This document shows, piece after piece, positions 20,690 through 30,340 of a DNA stretch of 64,000 bases; within the stretch, counting starts at the first letter, position 1, and every line of letters begins with the position of its first letter. Below the pieces are notes generated by a model. That model made no database searches. It was given only the letters and a program-made list of their open reading frames with translations, and was not told where the DNA came from. The translations under genes and the position numbers were made by a program. The stretch spans positions 3,136,001 to 3,200,000 of the forward strand of contig OY759353.1 in assembly GCA_963662315.1 (NCBI GenBank), in the 5' to 3' direction. The stretch comes from Geopsychrobacteraceae bacterium. Its GTDB lineage: Bacteria > Desulfobacterota > Desulfuromonadia > Desulfuromonadales > Geopsychrobacteraceae.

Positions 20690-21412
20690 CTATTTGCCGA
20701 TAATCTGTTCAACCATCTGCGGGTTAAAACCGTTAATATGGTGCCCGTCAATCCAGTATTGAGGTGTGCCCGTAACGCCAACCTCATTGGCTATTTTACG
20801 GTGCAGTTCCAGCTGACCATTGTCTTTGAAGTCAGGCAGTGGCTGTTGGTCAAAATTGCCGCTGAACACCTCTTCATAAGCCGCAGCAGGATCTGGTGAT
20901 GAGAGAATATAGCGTGCCTTGACATCAGCGTTCGGGTGCAGGCGATCGAGGGGAAACAAGAAGACATAACGGGTTACATCAACACGGCCGGCAAAATAAG
21001 CCGATCCCTGCCGACAGAAAGGGCAGTCCGGATCGGTGACTTCAATGACTTTATGGGGACCGTTCCCAATTTTGATCGCTTTTTCCAAAGGAAACAGGCT
21101 GATCTTCTCGGCCATCAGACGGTCTTTGGTGGCCCGAGTCAGGTTTTTTCGGTCAGCGGACCAGATTTCGCCCAAAATCATATGGCCGCTGGCCGGAGAA
21201 AAATACACGATTTCATTTCCTTGGGCGACAATTTCGTAAATCCCTTGTAGAGGGGTTGGATTGATCTGATCATATTTCAGGCCGGGATAGTAGGTTTTAA
21301 GGGCCTTGGCGACGGCGTCTGTGGTTGGTTGGCTTGGGGGGGCTGCTGGTGCTACCGTTGAGAAACAGCCCAGGGCAAAAATCAGAACAGCAAGACGACT
21401 AAGATTAAACAT
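20690..21412 (-). CDS. dsbC: DsbC-family thiol:disulfide isomerase
   Basis: Signal peptide, TDPDCPFC, GVTGTP. Confidence 0.88.
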   Translation of the reverse strand: MFNLSRLAVLIFALGCFSTVAPAAPPSQPTTDAVAKALKTYYPGLKYDQINPTPLQGIYEIVAQGNEIVYFSPASGHMILGEIWSADRKNLTRATKDRLMAEKISLFPLEKAIKIGNGPHKVIEVTDPDCPFCRQGSAYFAGRVDVTRYVFLFPLDRLHPNADVKARYILSSPDPAAAYEEVFSGNFDQQPLPDFKDNGQLELHRKIANEVGVTGTPQYWIDGHHINGFNPQMVEQIIGK

Positions 21413-21571
21413 GTGAAAACTCCCAGTGTAGAAACTCTTTTTAGAGCAGCAGCATACACCAGACGTTGTTCAGGTGGAAACCCTGATCTTTGCCCTGGCT
21501 AGATAAATTGAATATGTCTATATGAAAATTCAGTAGTTAGGGGCCTCCCGGAAACATCGGAACAAAACTGG

Positions 21572-21763
21572 TTAGCCTTCTTTGACTCCCAGTTTGCGCA
21601 AGATGGTAATCATCGGACACCAGTCGGTAAAGGCGCTCTGAAACAGGTTCAAACCAACAAAGGCAGTAAAATAAAGCCAATTGACAGAATGATACTGAGA
21701 TAAAATGACACTCAGTATTATGAAGAAGCCTGCAATTAAACGTAAATATCGGTTAACAGTCAT
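21572..21763 (-). CDS. DUF2892 (YgaP-like) small membrane protein
   Basis: RYLRLIAG...FVGLNLFQSAFTDWCPM. RBS aggagg. Confidence 0.85.
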   Translation of the reverse strand: MTVNRYLRLIAGFFIILSVILSQYHSVNWLYFTAFVGLNLFQSAFTDWCPMITILRKLGVKEG

Positions 21764-22001
21764 AGTGACCTCCTTTTTAGGGTTACTATATATTAAGATA
21801 TGCATATAATCAATATGTTTGAATCCATACCTCGCCGGGGCAGGATCTGGAAATGCCAGTACATATTTGTCGGTTCTCGGAAGAAAAGCACCTAAAAAGA
21901 ATAACTTTCTTCAAAGAGTTTGCAATCAATGGGGTAAAATTTCTTTATCAGGTGGTTCTGACGAATCGCTACGGGAAAAGAGGTTTAAAGGAGAATAGCT
22001 G

Positions 22002-22859
22002 ATGATAAGCAAATACAGAGCGTCTCAGTCCGTTGTCGTTGTTTTAATGATTCTGTTCAGTTTATCCGCCTATGCTGGTTGGAGGCAGGATCCTGAAGTA
22101 AAAACAGAAAAAAAGGCAGAAAATCGGAGTAGCCAACGACCTGAAATGAACAATGGCAAAAATTCTGGTTATCAGCAGGGGCAACGGTACCAGGGGAACG
22201 ATATTTATCAGGGGAAAAAACATCCAGCACCGCCCCCGGTAACGACATCAGGGTTCCAGATCGATAATTTTTCGAATCCGCGTTTTGGCAAAAAATCGTC
22301 TTACGAGTTTGATAATCGTCACCATCATCGTCGTTATTATCCGCGGCAGGGAACCCGGGTTACAATTCTGCCCCGTGGCTATCGGACGGTGCCGTGGCAG
22401 GGAACCCGGTATTATTTTTTCGGTGGCAGCTGGTATTTATCATCCACCAGCGGCTATATTGTGGCTCTGCCGCCGATTGGTCTGCTGGTTCCGTTTTTAC
22501 CCTCTTTTTATACGACAATCTGGGTCAGCGGTATCCCCTATTATTATGCCGGGGGGGTCTATTATATCTGGGAGCCAGTTGAGCAGTCCTACCGGGTGAC
22601 GAAGGCTCCGCCACAACAGGATGTAGTCGAAGGGGACCCGGTGCCACAGCGCCTGTTTATCTATCCGCGTCAAGGACAAAGTGAACAGCAGCAGGCTGCC
22701 GACCGCTATGAATGCCATAGCTGGGCCAAAAGCCAGGCTGATTTTGACCCGACTCTGCCGACGGATGACTTTCCGGCTTCCGAAATTAGCCGGCGAGGCG
22801 CTGACTACAACCGGGCGATGAAAGCCTGCCTGGTGGCGCGTGGCTACAGTGTTGAATAG
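22002..22859 (+). CDS. Exported protein, DUF6515-like Tyr/Gly-rich region plus YPxxGQSxxQQxxDRYEC domain
   Basis: Signal peptide. LPRGYRTV...YYFFGGSWY repeats. C-terminal YNRAMKACLVARGYSV. Confidence 0.7.
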   Translation: MISKYRASQSVVVVLMILFSLSAYAGWRQDPEVKTEKKAENRSSQRPEMNNGKNSGYQQGQRYQGNDIYQGKKHPAPPPVTTSGFQIDNFSNPRFGKKSSYEFDNRHHHRRYYPRQGTRVTILPRGYRTVPWQGTRYYFFGGSWYLSSTSGYIVALPPIGLLVPFLPSFYTTIWVSGIPYYYAGGVYYIWEPVEQSYRVTKAPPQQDVVEGDPVPQRLFIYPRQGQSEQQQAADRYECHSWAKSQADFDPTLPTDDFPASEISRRGADYNRAMKACLVARGYSVE

Positions 22860-22900
22860 TCTGTTGAAGCCAGTCAAATGATTAGACGGGAATTGATGGC

Positions 22901-23812
22901 TCAGGTTGCCGGTAAAATGGTAATCAGCAGCGGAATCAGAATCAGACCGATCATTGTCGAGTATGAAACAACTCCGGCCGCGAGATCACCATCCAGTTCT
23001 TCCATTGCGGCATAAGTCAGGGTCAGGATTCCCGAGGGTGCCGAGGACAGCAGGAGGACCATGGTGCGAACCAGTCCGTGCAGATCAAAAACAGTGACGC
23101 AGATCAGGCCGATAGTCAGGCCGCCCAGTATCCGCAACAGGATGGCTGAAAACAGTTGAGCAGGGCGATCAATGCGGGTTTCAAAATAGATCCCCAGCGG
23201 AATCATCATCAGTGGCGTAACCAGCCCGCTGAGAATGGTGACAAATTCCGTAGCGATATGGGGTAGCTCCCATGCGTAAATATTCAGAATAAGGGCAAAA
23301 ATTAATGCCAGTAACGGTGGAGAGGAAATAAACTTTTTTAACAATACCGTAAAGCTCTGATTGTTACCGCGCCCGTAACGACAGGCGTTGATATAAACAA
23401 AAGAGAAAACGACAGAAGCGTGACCAAAATCAAACAAGGACGCGATGGCCATCCCTTCGGGGCCATATACGGACAGCGCAAAAGGGTAGAGAAAACCCGT
23501 GTTCATGATGACGGCACCGATAATGAAAGCGCCCAGGGTCCGTGGCGTTAACTGCATGCGGCGACCGGTCAGCCAGGCCAACCAGTAAATGGCAAAATCA
23601 ATAATCGCCGCCGATATGGGGATGGCGATCAGGTCGATGGAAAGGTCCAGGTGGGGAACTGCTCGGAGGAATAATGCCGGTGCGGCAACATAGAAAAACA
23701 GCCTGAGAAACTGGTCGGCGTGGGCTTTCGTGAAAATGCCTGTTCTGCGCAGCAGTACACCCAGTGCAAAGGTCAGCAACACTGGTGCAATTTTTATAAA
23801 AACAGCGGACAT
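22901..23812 (-). CDS. AEC (auxin efflux carrier) family transporter
   Basis: ~10 TM helices, FYVAAPALF, MNTGFLYP, SSPPLLA. Confidence 0.85.
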   Translation of the reverse strand: MSAVFIKIAPVLLTFALGVLLRRTGIFTKAHADQFLRLFFYVAAPALFLRAVPHLDLSIDLIAIPISAAIIDFAIYWLAWLTGRRMQLTPRTLGAFIIGAVIMNTGFLYPFALSVYGPEGMAIASLFDFGHASVVFSFVYINACRYGRGNNQSFTVLLKKFISSPPLLALIFALILNIYAWELPHIATEFVTILSGLVTPLMMIPLGIYFETRIDRPAQLFSAILLRILGGLTIGLICVTVFDLHGLVRTMVLLLSSAPSGILTLTYAAMEELDGDLAAGVVSYSTMIGLILIPLLITILPAT

Positions 23813-24110
23813 GAGATCTCAAGGGTACTGGCAAGGGGGAGACTGTCTGCAAGTGAAGGTCGTTTCATAGTAAGAAGCAGAGCAGAAACGTGTCTGGAGA
23901 GATAATAACTCACCACGGCATGACCACCACTCAAGGCTATTTGCCAAACTATCACCAATTTGCCATATTGCAAATGATTGATAATGGGGAGCAACGCTAA
24001 TTTTGAATTTACCTGAGTTGCGACTCCGTTGTATTTCACTTTCTTTAAAACAAAATCGTTTCGAAACTGATATATGCTAAGCTCGCGTTTTCGGAGTAAA
24101 CCTTGTTTTT

Positions 24111-24899
24111 ATGGATGAAAATCGTAAATTTCTGATTTCTTTGGATGATGGACTGCATATCGAAGCGGTGTGGTATGCCAGTGGAACCCTGTGTCTGTCG
24201 ACGCAGGCGGGCTGCGCCATGGGTTGCCCTTTCTGTGCGTCTGGGCGACTCGGTTGGCAGCGTAATCTGTCAGTTGCAGAATTTCACAAGCAACTCGAAA
24301 TGTGTCGTAGCTTTGGGATTGAGCCCCAACGTCTGACCCTGTCTGGGATAGGTGAACCGCTTCAGAATCTTAGCGCCGTCAGTGCGTTCATCACACGTTG
24401 TCAGCAGCAAAACCTTGATGTTTCAGTGACAACCACCGGTACTCCCCTGCCCGCATTGGAACGTTTACTTGGCTGGCACCATGTTGCGGTCATGTTTTCC
24501 CTGCATGCTGGCAGTGAAGCTGTCTATCGTCAGTTGGTTCCTGCAGGGCCAGGGCTGATAGCGTTGAAAAATAAGCTGCTGAATATCTGGCCTGCTCTCA
24601 GCAAGCGCCAGAAGCGTCGCACAGGGATCAACTATCTTTTGTTGAAGGGGGTTAATGATCATGATCAGGAACTTGATGCACTGTGTGAATGGTTAGAACC
24701 CTTTCCGGAAATGACGCTGCATCTGCTCCAGTGCAATGTTGTTGATGGCTCTGATTATGTCAGCCCCAGCGCAGATCGTTGTCAAGAAATTTACCTGCGT
24801 CTGCGGGCACAGGGATTAAATGTGCGTCGGGCGAATCGCTGGCGGCGTCAACAGCAAGGGGGGTGTGGAACCCTGGTTCTTGGTCGTGAAAAATCATAG
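24111..24899 (+). CDS. RlmN/Cfr-like radical SAM methyltransferase lacking the N-terminal domain
   Basis: IEAV, TLCLSTQAGCAMGCPFC, SGIGEP, SLHA, INYLLLKGVND, C-terminal GGCG. Only 262 aa. Confidence 0.85.
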   Translation: MDENRKFLISLDDGLHIEAVWYASGTLCLSTQAGCAMGCPFCASGRLGWQRNLSVAEFHKQLEMCRSFGIEPQRLTLSGIGEPLQNLSAVSAFITRCQQQNLDVSVTTTGTPLPALERLLGWHHVAVMFSLHAGSEAVYRQLVPAGPGLIALKNKLLNIWPALSKRQKRRTGINYLLLKGVNDHDQELDALCEWLEPFPEMTLHLLQCNVVDGSDYVSPSADRCQEIYLRLRAQGLNVRRANRWRRQQQGGCGTLVLGREKS

Positions 24900-24968
24900 T
24901 TTGGAGTGCTTTTAATATTAAAAATCCCGATAAGATGCCGTATATCTATTAATATTGAAAATTAGATG

Positions 24969-24997
24969 TTGACAAGAAATATAAATTTTATTATAGT
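24969..24997 (+). promoter_or_regulatory. Near-consensus sigma70 promoter TTGACA-17-TATAGT
   Basis: -35 at 24969-24974, -10 at 24992-24997, AT-rich upstream. Confidence 0.75.
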
Positions 24998-25003
24998 CGT
25001 GCC

Positions 25004-25067
25004 ATGTCTTTTCTAAAGACATGGCCCCGTTAGCCTCCCCCCCCTCCAGGCTAATGGGGCCTTTTTT
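25004..25067 (+). ncRNA. Candidate ~64-nt small RNA (two hairpins, C-rich anti-SD loop, intrinsic terminator)
   Basis: AUGUCUUU-UCU-AAAGACAU, then GGCCCCGUUAGCCU-CCCCCCCCUCC-AGGCUAAUGGGGCC-UUUUUU directly after the promoter. No coding capacity beyond a 3-codon ORF. Confidence 0.6.
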
Positions 25068-25323
25068 ATGCTTCCCCCTCTAATTCTTCCAACATCGCTT
25101 TGGCAAAGTTTTTAGCTCGTCCTCCAGGGGCCATCATGCCATAGGCCATCGCTTCTTTGAGTTCCTCTTCCGTAGCACCATGCTGCTTCGCGACCGCGAA
25201 GTGTTTTTTCATTCAGTCGGGACAATGAACCGCAATGGCACAGGCCACCCTGATCAGTTCTCTGGTTTTCATGTCGAGCACTTCAGAATATTCAAAGTCA
25301 AAAAACTTTTTACGCAATTTCAT
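25066..25323 (-). CDS. AhpD/CMD-family protein with CxxU motif (selenoprotein, 85 aa)
   Basis: MKLRKKFFDFEYSEVLDMKTRELIRVACAIAVHCPD-TGA(25213-15)-MKKHFAVAKQHGATEEELKEAMAYG...EGEA*. CMD pattern continues across the TGA. RBS aaggag. Confidence 0.85.
25186..25201 (-). promoter_or_regulatory. Putative bacterial SECIS element
   Basis: cuucgc-gguc-gcgaag hairpin starting 11 nt after the UGA, G-led loop. Confidence 0.65.
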
Positions 25324-25556
25324 AGACTCTCCTTCTCGGCATACCTGCAGGCTAGGAAACGCTGAATGGCTATTTAAAAAGTTGCAATTCGTAAACTCCA
25401 GAGGCGAAGGATCTGTTTTTCTATTTAGCAAGGAGCCATTTTTTGTAAGGTCAAGCAAATCAAGCTTTTGAGCAGAGGCCCATTCCGTTATGCCGCCAAG
25501 GCAAAAGAGCTGATTGATGCAGCGATTGCGGAAAAGGGGAATCGCCAATCTGAAAA

Positions 25557-26351
25557 TTAAGAGTGGTCAGGTTTGGCAACGTGCAGTGTGACATTATGTT
25601 CTTGCAGGCAATTTAATATTTCCTTGGGTGGTTGCTTGTCACAGAACAATGCCGTGATTTGCGAAAGATGACCGAGACGTACCACTGCGTTGCGGCCAAA
25701 CTTGGAATGATCCGTTGCCAGATAGACTTTCCTTGAATTCTCTATAATGGCTTGAGCGACCCGAACTTCGTGGTAATCAAAATCGAGCAGGGTGCCATCA
25801 TCTTCAATGGCTGAAACACCGATGATTCCATAATCGACTTTAAACTGACGAATAAAGTCAATGGTTGCCTCTCCGGTGACTCCGCGGTCACGACTACGCA
25901 CGACACCGCCGGCGATAATAACTTCGCAGGTTGGATTGCTGCTCAAAATGGTGGCGACATTCAGGTCGTTGGTGATGATCCGTAAGCCTTCATGATTGCG
26001 CAGTGCTCTGGCAACCTCTTCAGTCGTGGTGCCAATATCAATGAAAACCGAAGCCCGGTTGGGGATCTGAGCAGCGACTTCACGGGCAATACGCTGTTTT
26101 TCAGCCCGTAATAGAACCTTTCTGGTTTCATAGGCCACATTTTCAACGCTTGAGTTAATCCCGACACCGCCATGAAAACGTCTGACAACACCGTGTTCGC
26201 AAAGTTCATTGATATCTCTGCGGATGGTTTGTGGTGTTACGGAAAAATGTTGAGCCATCTCTTCAACAGCCGCAAAACCCTGTTGCTGTACCAGTTCGAC
26301 AATCTGCTTCTGGCGCTTGTTCAAGCTCAAGTCTGTCTTGGTGCTCGCCAT
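25557..26351 (-). CDS. glpR: DeoR-family glycerol-3-phosphate regulon repressor
   Basis: SVTPQTIRRDINEL, RFHGG, IDIGTTTE, LLDFDYHEV, DHSKFGR. Divergent from glpFK. Confidence 0.93.
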   Translation of the reverse strand: MASTKTDLSLNKRQKQIVELVQQQGFAAVEEMAQHFSVTPQTIRRDINELCEHGVVRRFHGGVGINSSVENVAYETRKVLLRAEKQRIAREVAAQIPNRASVFIDIGTTTEEVARALRNHEGLRIITNDLNVATILSSNPTCEVIIAGGVVRSRDRGVTGEATIDFIRQFKVDYGIIGVSAIEDDGTLLDFDYHEVRVAQAIIENSRKVYLATDHSKFGRNAVVRLGHLSQITALFCDKQPPKEILNCLQEHNVTLHVAKPDHS

Positions 26352-26581
26352 CGATCCTCCTCTATTGAATCCTCAATGTTGTAAAACACACATAATAAAT
26401 AATTATAATAGCCAGAAATGTAACACAATTTAGGAAGAGTGAAAATATTATTGTTTTTATTGTTGTTTTCCGAAAATTTTGCTCCGGTGTCAGTAGAATC
26501 AGGGGTCTTAGGCCGTTGACCAATAGCGATCTTGTTCCTTTTTAGCCTGTTTGCATTCGAAAGTGAACCTTGCTGGCAAAT

Positions 26582-26601
26582 AATTTTCGAAATAGAACAT
26601 A
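26582..26601. promoter_or_regulatory. Putative GlpR operator
   Basis: aattttcgaaatagaacata resembles WATGTTCGWT-AWCGAACATW. Confidence 0.5.
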
Positions 26602-26971
26602 ATTGTGTTGCAACACACTGACTAATCATGCTAGCTTTCGCTTTAGAATAGCGTTTGGTTGTAACTGAACGTTTCACTGCATGGCAAATGTTGCTGTGAG
26701 CAGAAATGGTTAAGATCTTAAAAAAGTGCCGATAATCAATGGTATGGGCTGTTTCCCAGGGTGTTTGAGTAGGGTCGTGAAACACTGACAGGGTTTTACT
26801 GATACGGTGTGGTGGCATGCTCAGACGTCAGAAAATGTTGTTTTGGTTTGTCGTTGTTATGACGCTATTTTGAACAAAGGAGGTGCCTGCCGGAAAAGTT
26901 GAAATTGGTATGCAAAGAGAGCGCTCAATGGTGAGAGGTTGTTAAAATTTGAAAAATTCAAGGAGTGTAAA

Positions 26972-27691
26972 ATGAGTATCTTTATCGGAGAATTAATCGG
27001 AACTGCCATACTGATTTTGCTTGGTGGCGGGGTTGTAGCAAACGTACTTCTGGAAAACTCCAAAGGTCAGAATTCCGGGTGGATTGTTATAACGGCTGGT
27101 TGGGGTTTTGGTGTTGCGATAGCCGTTTATGTTGCCGGATGGATGAGCGGTGCTCATCTTAATCCTGCCGTAACCGTTGGTTTTCTGGTAACGGGAGCTG
27201 TCACGGCCTCTGAAGCGATGATCTATTTTGCCGGAGAGTTTGCCGGGGCCTTTTTGGGGGCGGTCCTGGTCTGGCTTGCTTATCTTCCTCATTGGAGTAA
27301 AACCGAAAATGCCGATCTTAAACTGGCGGTATTCAGTACGGGTCCTGCGATTCGTCATACTGCCGGAAATTTTATCTGTGAAGTTATCGGTACGGCCATG
27401 CTGATGGTCGGAATTCTGGGAATTTTCAATGCTAACAACGGTATTGGCAGCGGTTTTGGACCCTACGCTGTCGGTATCCTCGTTTTCAGCCTGGGCCTTT
27501 CTCTTGGTGGTCCTACAGGTTACGCTATCAATCCTGCTCGTGATCTCGGTCCTCGTATCGCCCACGCTATCCTGCCGATTCCCGGTAAGCGCGATTCCGA
27601 TTGGTCGTATGCCTGGATTCCGGTTGTCGGACCGATTGTCGGTGGCGCAGTCGGTGCCCTTATCTACCAGGGTGTCGTTGGATTTATGTAA
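26972..27691 (+). CDS. glpF: Glycerol uptake facilitator (MIP family)
   Basis: SGAHLNPAVT and GYAINPARD NPA boxes. Start after aaggag RBS. Confidence 0.96.
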   Translation: MSIFIGELIGTAILILLGGGVVANVLLENSKGQNSGWIVITAGWGFGVAIAVYVAGWMSGAHLNPAVTVGFLVTGAVTASEAMIYFAGEFAGAFLGAVLVWLAYLPHWSKTENADLKLAVFSTGPAIRHTAGNFICEVIGTAMLMVGILGIFNANNGIGSGFGPYAVGILVFSLGLSLGGPTGYAINPARDLGPRIAHAILPIPGKRDSDWSYAWIPVVGPIVGGAVGALIYQGVVGFM

Positions 27692-27739
27692 GCCTTTTGT
27701 ACGTTGATTCTGACTTCAAATATCAAAGGAGATTAGTTC

Positions 27740-29251
27740 ATGGCAAAGTATGTAGCTTCGATCGACCAGGGTACCACCAGTTCACGTTGTATGATTTTCA
27801 ACCATGCCGGTGAGCCGGTTTCTTCTTCGCAGATGGAACATGAGCAGATTTATCCCAAGCCCGGCTGGGTTGAGCATGATGCCATTGAAATCTGGTCCAG
27901 GACCAAAGACGTTATCCATGACTGTATGGAAAAGGCTGGTCTGGTCGCTGCTGATATCGCTGCTATCGGTATTACCAATCAACGGGAAACCACGGTCGTC
28001 TGGAATAAGAAGACTGGTCAGCCGTACTATAACGCGATTGTCTGGCAGGATACCCGTACTGATGCTATCTGTAACCAATTGGCCGGCGATCTTGGTCAGG
28101 ACCGTTATCGGTCCAAAACCGGGTTGCCACTGGCTACTTATTTCTCCGGGCCCAAAATCAAATGGCTGCTCGATAATGTGGAAGGCTTGCGTGACGCCGC
28201 AGAACGTGGCGATGCACTGTTTGGCAACATGGATACCTGGATCATCTGGAAGCTTACCGGTGGTGTGAATGGTGGTTCTCATGTGACGGATGTAACCAAT
28301 GCTTCGCGAACCATGCTGATGGCTCTGGATGGTACCGAGTGGGATGATGAGATTCTCGCTGAAATGAGTATTCCCAAAAAAATGATGCCACAGATCCGTC
28401 CTTCCAGTGACCCTGAATTCTACGGTTACTCCAAAGAAAATGGACCCTTTGGGGGCAAAATTCCTGTCTGCGGTGATCTGGGTGATCAGCAGGCAGCTAC
28501 CGTTGGCCAGACCTGTTTTGCACCAGGTGAAGCCAAGAATACTTATGGTACTGGCTGTTTTATGTTGCTCAATACCGGCACTGAGATTGTCCATTCCCAA
28601 AACGGCCTGCTTACCACACCGTGCTACAAATTTGGTAACGAGCCTACCGTCTATGCCCTTGAAGGTTCTATCGCCATCGCTGGTGCCGTTGTCCAGTGGT
28701 TGCGCGATCAGATGCGCCTGATTAATACTGCGGCAGATGTTGAGAATCTGGCTCGTATGGTTGAAGACAATGGCGATATGTATTTCGTGCCGGCTTTCTC
28801 CGGTCTTTTCGCCCCATATTGGAAAAGCGATGCGCGTGGTTGTATCGTTGGTATGACCCGTTACCTGACTCGCGGGCACTTTGCCCGTGCTGCACTTGAG
28901 GCTGTTGCTTACCAGACCCGTGAAGTCCTTGATGCCATGGAAGCGGATTCGGGTGTTAAGCTGCAGGCGCTGAAAGTCGACGGTGGTATGGTTGCCAACG
29001 AACTGCTCATGCAGTACCAGGCTGATGTTCTGGGCGTTCCAGTTACCCGTCCTCGGGTCGCAGAAAGTACCGCTTTAGGAGCTGCTTACGCTGCTGGATT
29101 AGCTGTTGGCTTCTGGAAGGATACCAGCGAAATGAAGAAAAACTGGGGTGTCGATAAAACCTGGCAACCATCAAGCGATGATACCGCCCGGGTTAAAAAT
29201 TATGGTAAATGGAAAAAAGCTGTCACCCGTACTTTCGACTGGATTGACTAA
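27740..29251 (+). CDS. glpK: Glycerol kinase
   Basis: [34 protein letters not shown]. Confidence 0.98.
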   Translation: MAKYVASIDQGTTSSRCMIFNHAGEPVSSSQMEHEQIYPKPGWVEHDAIEIWSRTKDVIHDCMEKAGLVAADIAAIGITNQRETTVVWNKKTGQPYYNAIVWQDTRTDAICNQLAGDLGQDRYRSKTGLPLATYFSGPKIKWLLDNVEGLRDAAERGDALFGNMDTWIIWKLTGGVNGGSHVTDVTNASRTMLMALDGTEWDDEILAEMSIPKKMMPQIRPSSDPEFYGYSKENGPFGGKIPVCGDLGDQQAATVGQTCFAPGEAKNTYGTGCFMLLNTGTEIVHSQNGLLTTPCYKFGNEPTVYALEGSIAIAGAVVQWLRDQMRLINTAADVENLARMVEDNGDMYFVPAFSGLFAPYWKSDARGCIVGMTRYLTRGHFARAALEAVAYQTREVLDAMEADSGVKLQALKVDGGMVANELLMQYQADVLGVPVTRPRVAESTALGAAYAAGLAVGFWKDTSEMKKNWGVDKTWQPSSDDTARVKNYGKWKKAVTRTFDWID

Positions 29252-29343
29252 GCTTTTGGAAAAAAAGAATTACCAGCTTTCTGAAGGTCAGGAGGCTGGT
29301 AACCATCGAGCCAACAAGGTCTCGATCCTCACTCTTGTTATTC

Positions 29344-29379
29344 GCCCTGTCCATTCTCTCCCCGGACAGGGCCTTTTTT
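29344..29379 (+). terminator. Intrinsic terminator of glpFK
   Basis: gccctgtcc-loop-ggacagggc followed by cTTTTTT. Confidence 0.75.
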
Positions 29380-29776
29380 GTCTATTGAGCACCTCAGAAA
29401 ATTCTTTGGACTCAAAGATATTTTTTATCAACGCAGAGGTGGTGAGAGTGTGGAGAAAATCTTATGAGAATTCGAAGGTACTTTCCCAACGATGCGATCT
29501 TAAATTGCAAATGTGATAATCCGAATCTGACCAATCGGGGATGTCAGAGCTAATCTAGCTATCTATCAAAACTAACTATTTTAGCGAATCACCTTAAAAA
29601 GGCCAAAATATTTTCCCAAAAGTGATTTTCTGATTTTTGAACAGCTCAACATCAGGCAGGTCAGATACGCAAATTATCTTACGGGCTCTGTCGGGATTTT
29701 TAAACTTTCTCTCAATATTAAAGTAAATCGAAATAAAGTTTGCGCTTAGTGTTGAGGTCCAAGCTCACCTATTGAG

Positions 29777-30340
29777 CTAACGACCCGAGCGAAAGTAATC
29801 ATTGGTCGTGCGAAAGAAAAGGTCCATACGCAAATAACCGATTGTCTCATGATCAGAGGTATCGAGTATCCCGCTGTATTCGCTTCGCCTCACTCCGAGA
29901 GTCAGGCCAAGGCTTGACGATTCACCGATATGAAGATTTATTCCTAGAGACATTCCAATACCAATACCGAGGTCGCTTTCATAAAGTCCCGTAACAAGCT
30001 GTGGCCCAGCCCATAAACGCAGATTTTCATTAGCTAAAATCATAAAACCGAAAGTATTTTCCAGTATCCACCCCTCGAACTTCTCCTCTACCCCGAATTT
30101 GTCATCGAGCTTGAACTGCTCGTAACCGAGATTCAGTCGGTAATTGAAAGCCCGGTTCATCGCTACAGATGTGTCCCAGGAAAGCCCTAACTGACTATGC
30201 TGGTTTTCCCCTATCCCTTCTGAAAAATGTACTCCTAACCCATGCGCCCAAACCTCAGAGCTGCTAAAAAGGACAACCACTCCCAGCAGAATCACTGCCA
30301 ATCCTCTTAATGTCCAAGCCCTGCTTTGTCGCACTTTCAT
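29777..30340 (-). CDS. Putative outer-membrane beta-barrel protein
   Basis: Signal peptide (..SEVWA), alternating amphipathic strands, near-C-terminal aromatic (YLRMDLFF). Confidence 0.6.
   Translation of the reverse strand: MKVRQSRAWTLRGLAVILLGVVVLFSSSEVWAHGLGVHFSEGIGENQHSQLGLSWDTSVAMNRAFNYRLNLGYEQFKLDDKFGVEEKFEGWILENTFGFMILANENLRLWAGPQLVTGLYESDLGIGIGMSLGINLHIGESSSLGLTLGVRRSEYSGILDTSDHETIGYLRMDLFFRTTNDYFRSGR

Noticed and set aside
21785..21820. ArsR/BigR-like AT-rich operator upstream of the DUF2892 gene (similar tract at 45950-45980)
   Set aside because: Symmetry is too weak to separate from AT-rich background, and no ArsR gene is in the window.
25213..25548. 111-aa ORF ending at TGA 25213
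   Set aside because: Wrong start, and the TGA is better explained as Sec within the CMD-family gene.
27782..28879. Long antisense ORFs opposite glpK (also opposite eno 35665-36678 and uvrA 51330-52535)
   Set aside because: Shadow frames produced by codon bias of conserved genes. No motifs or RBS.
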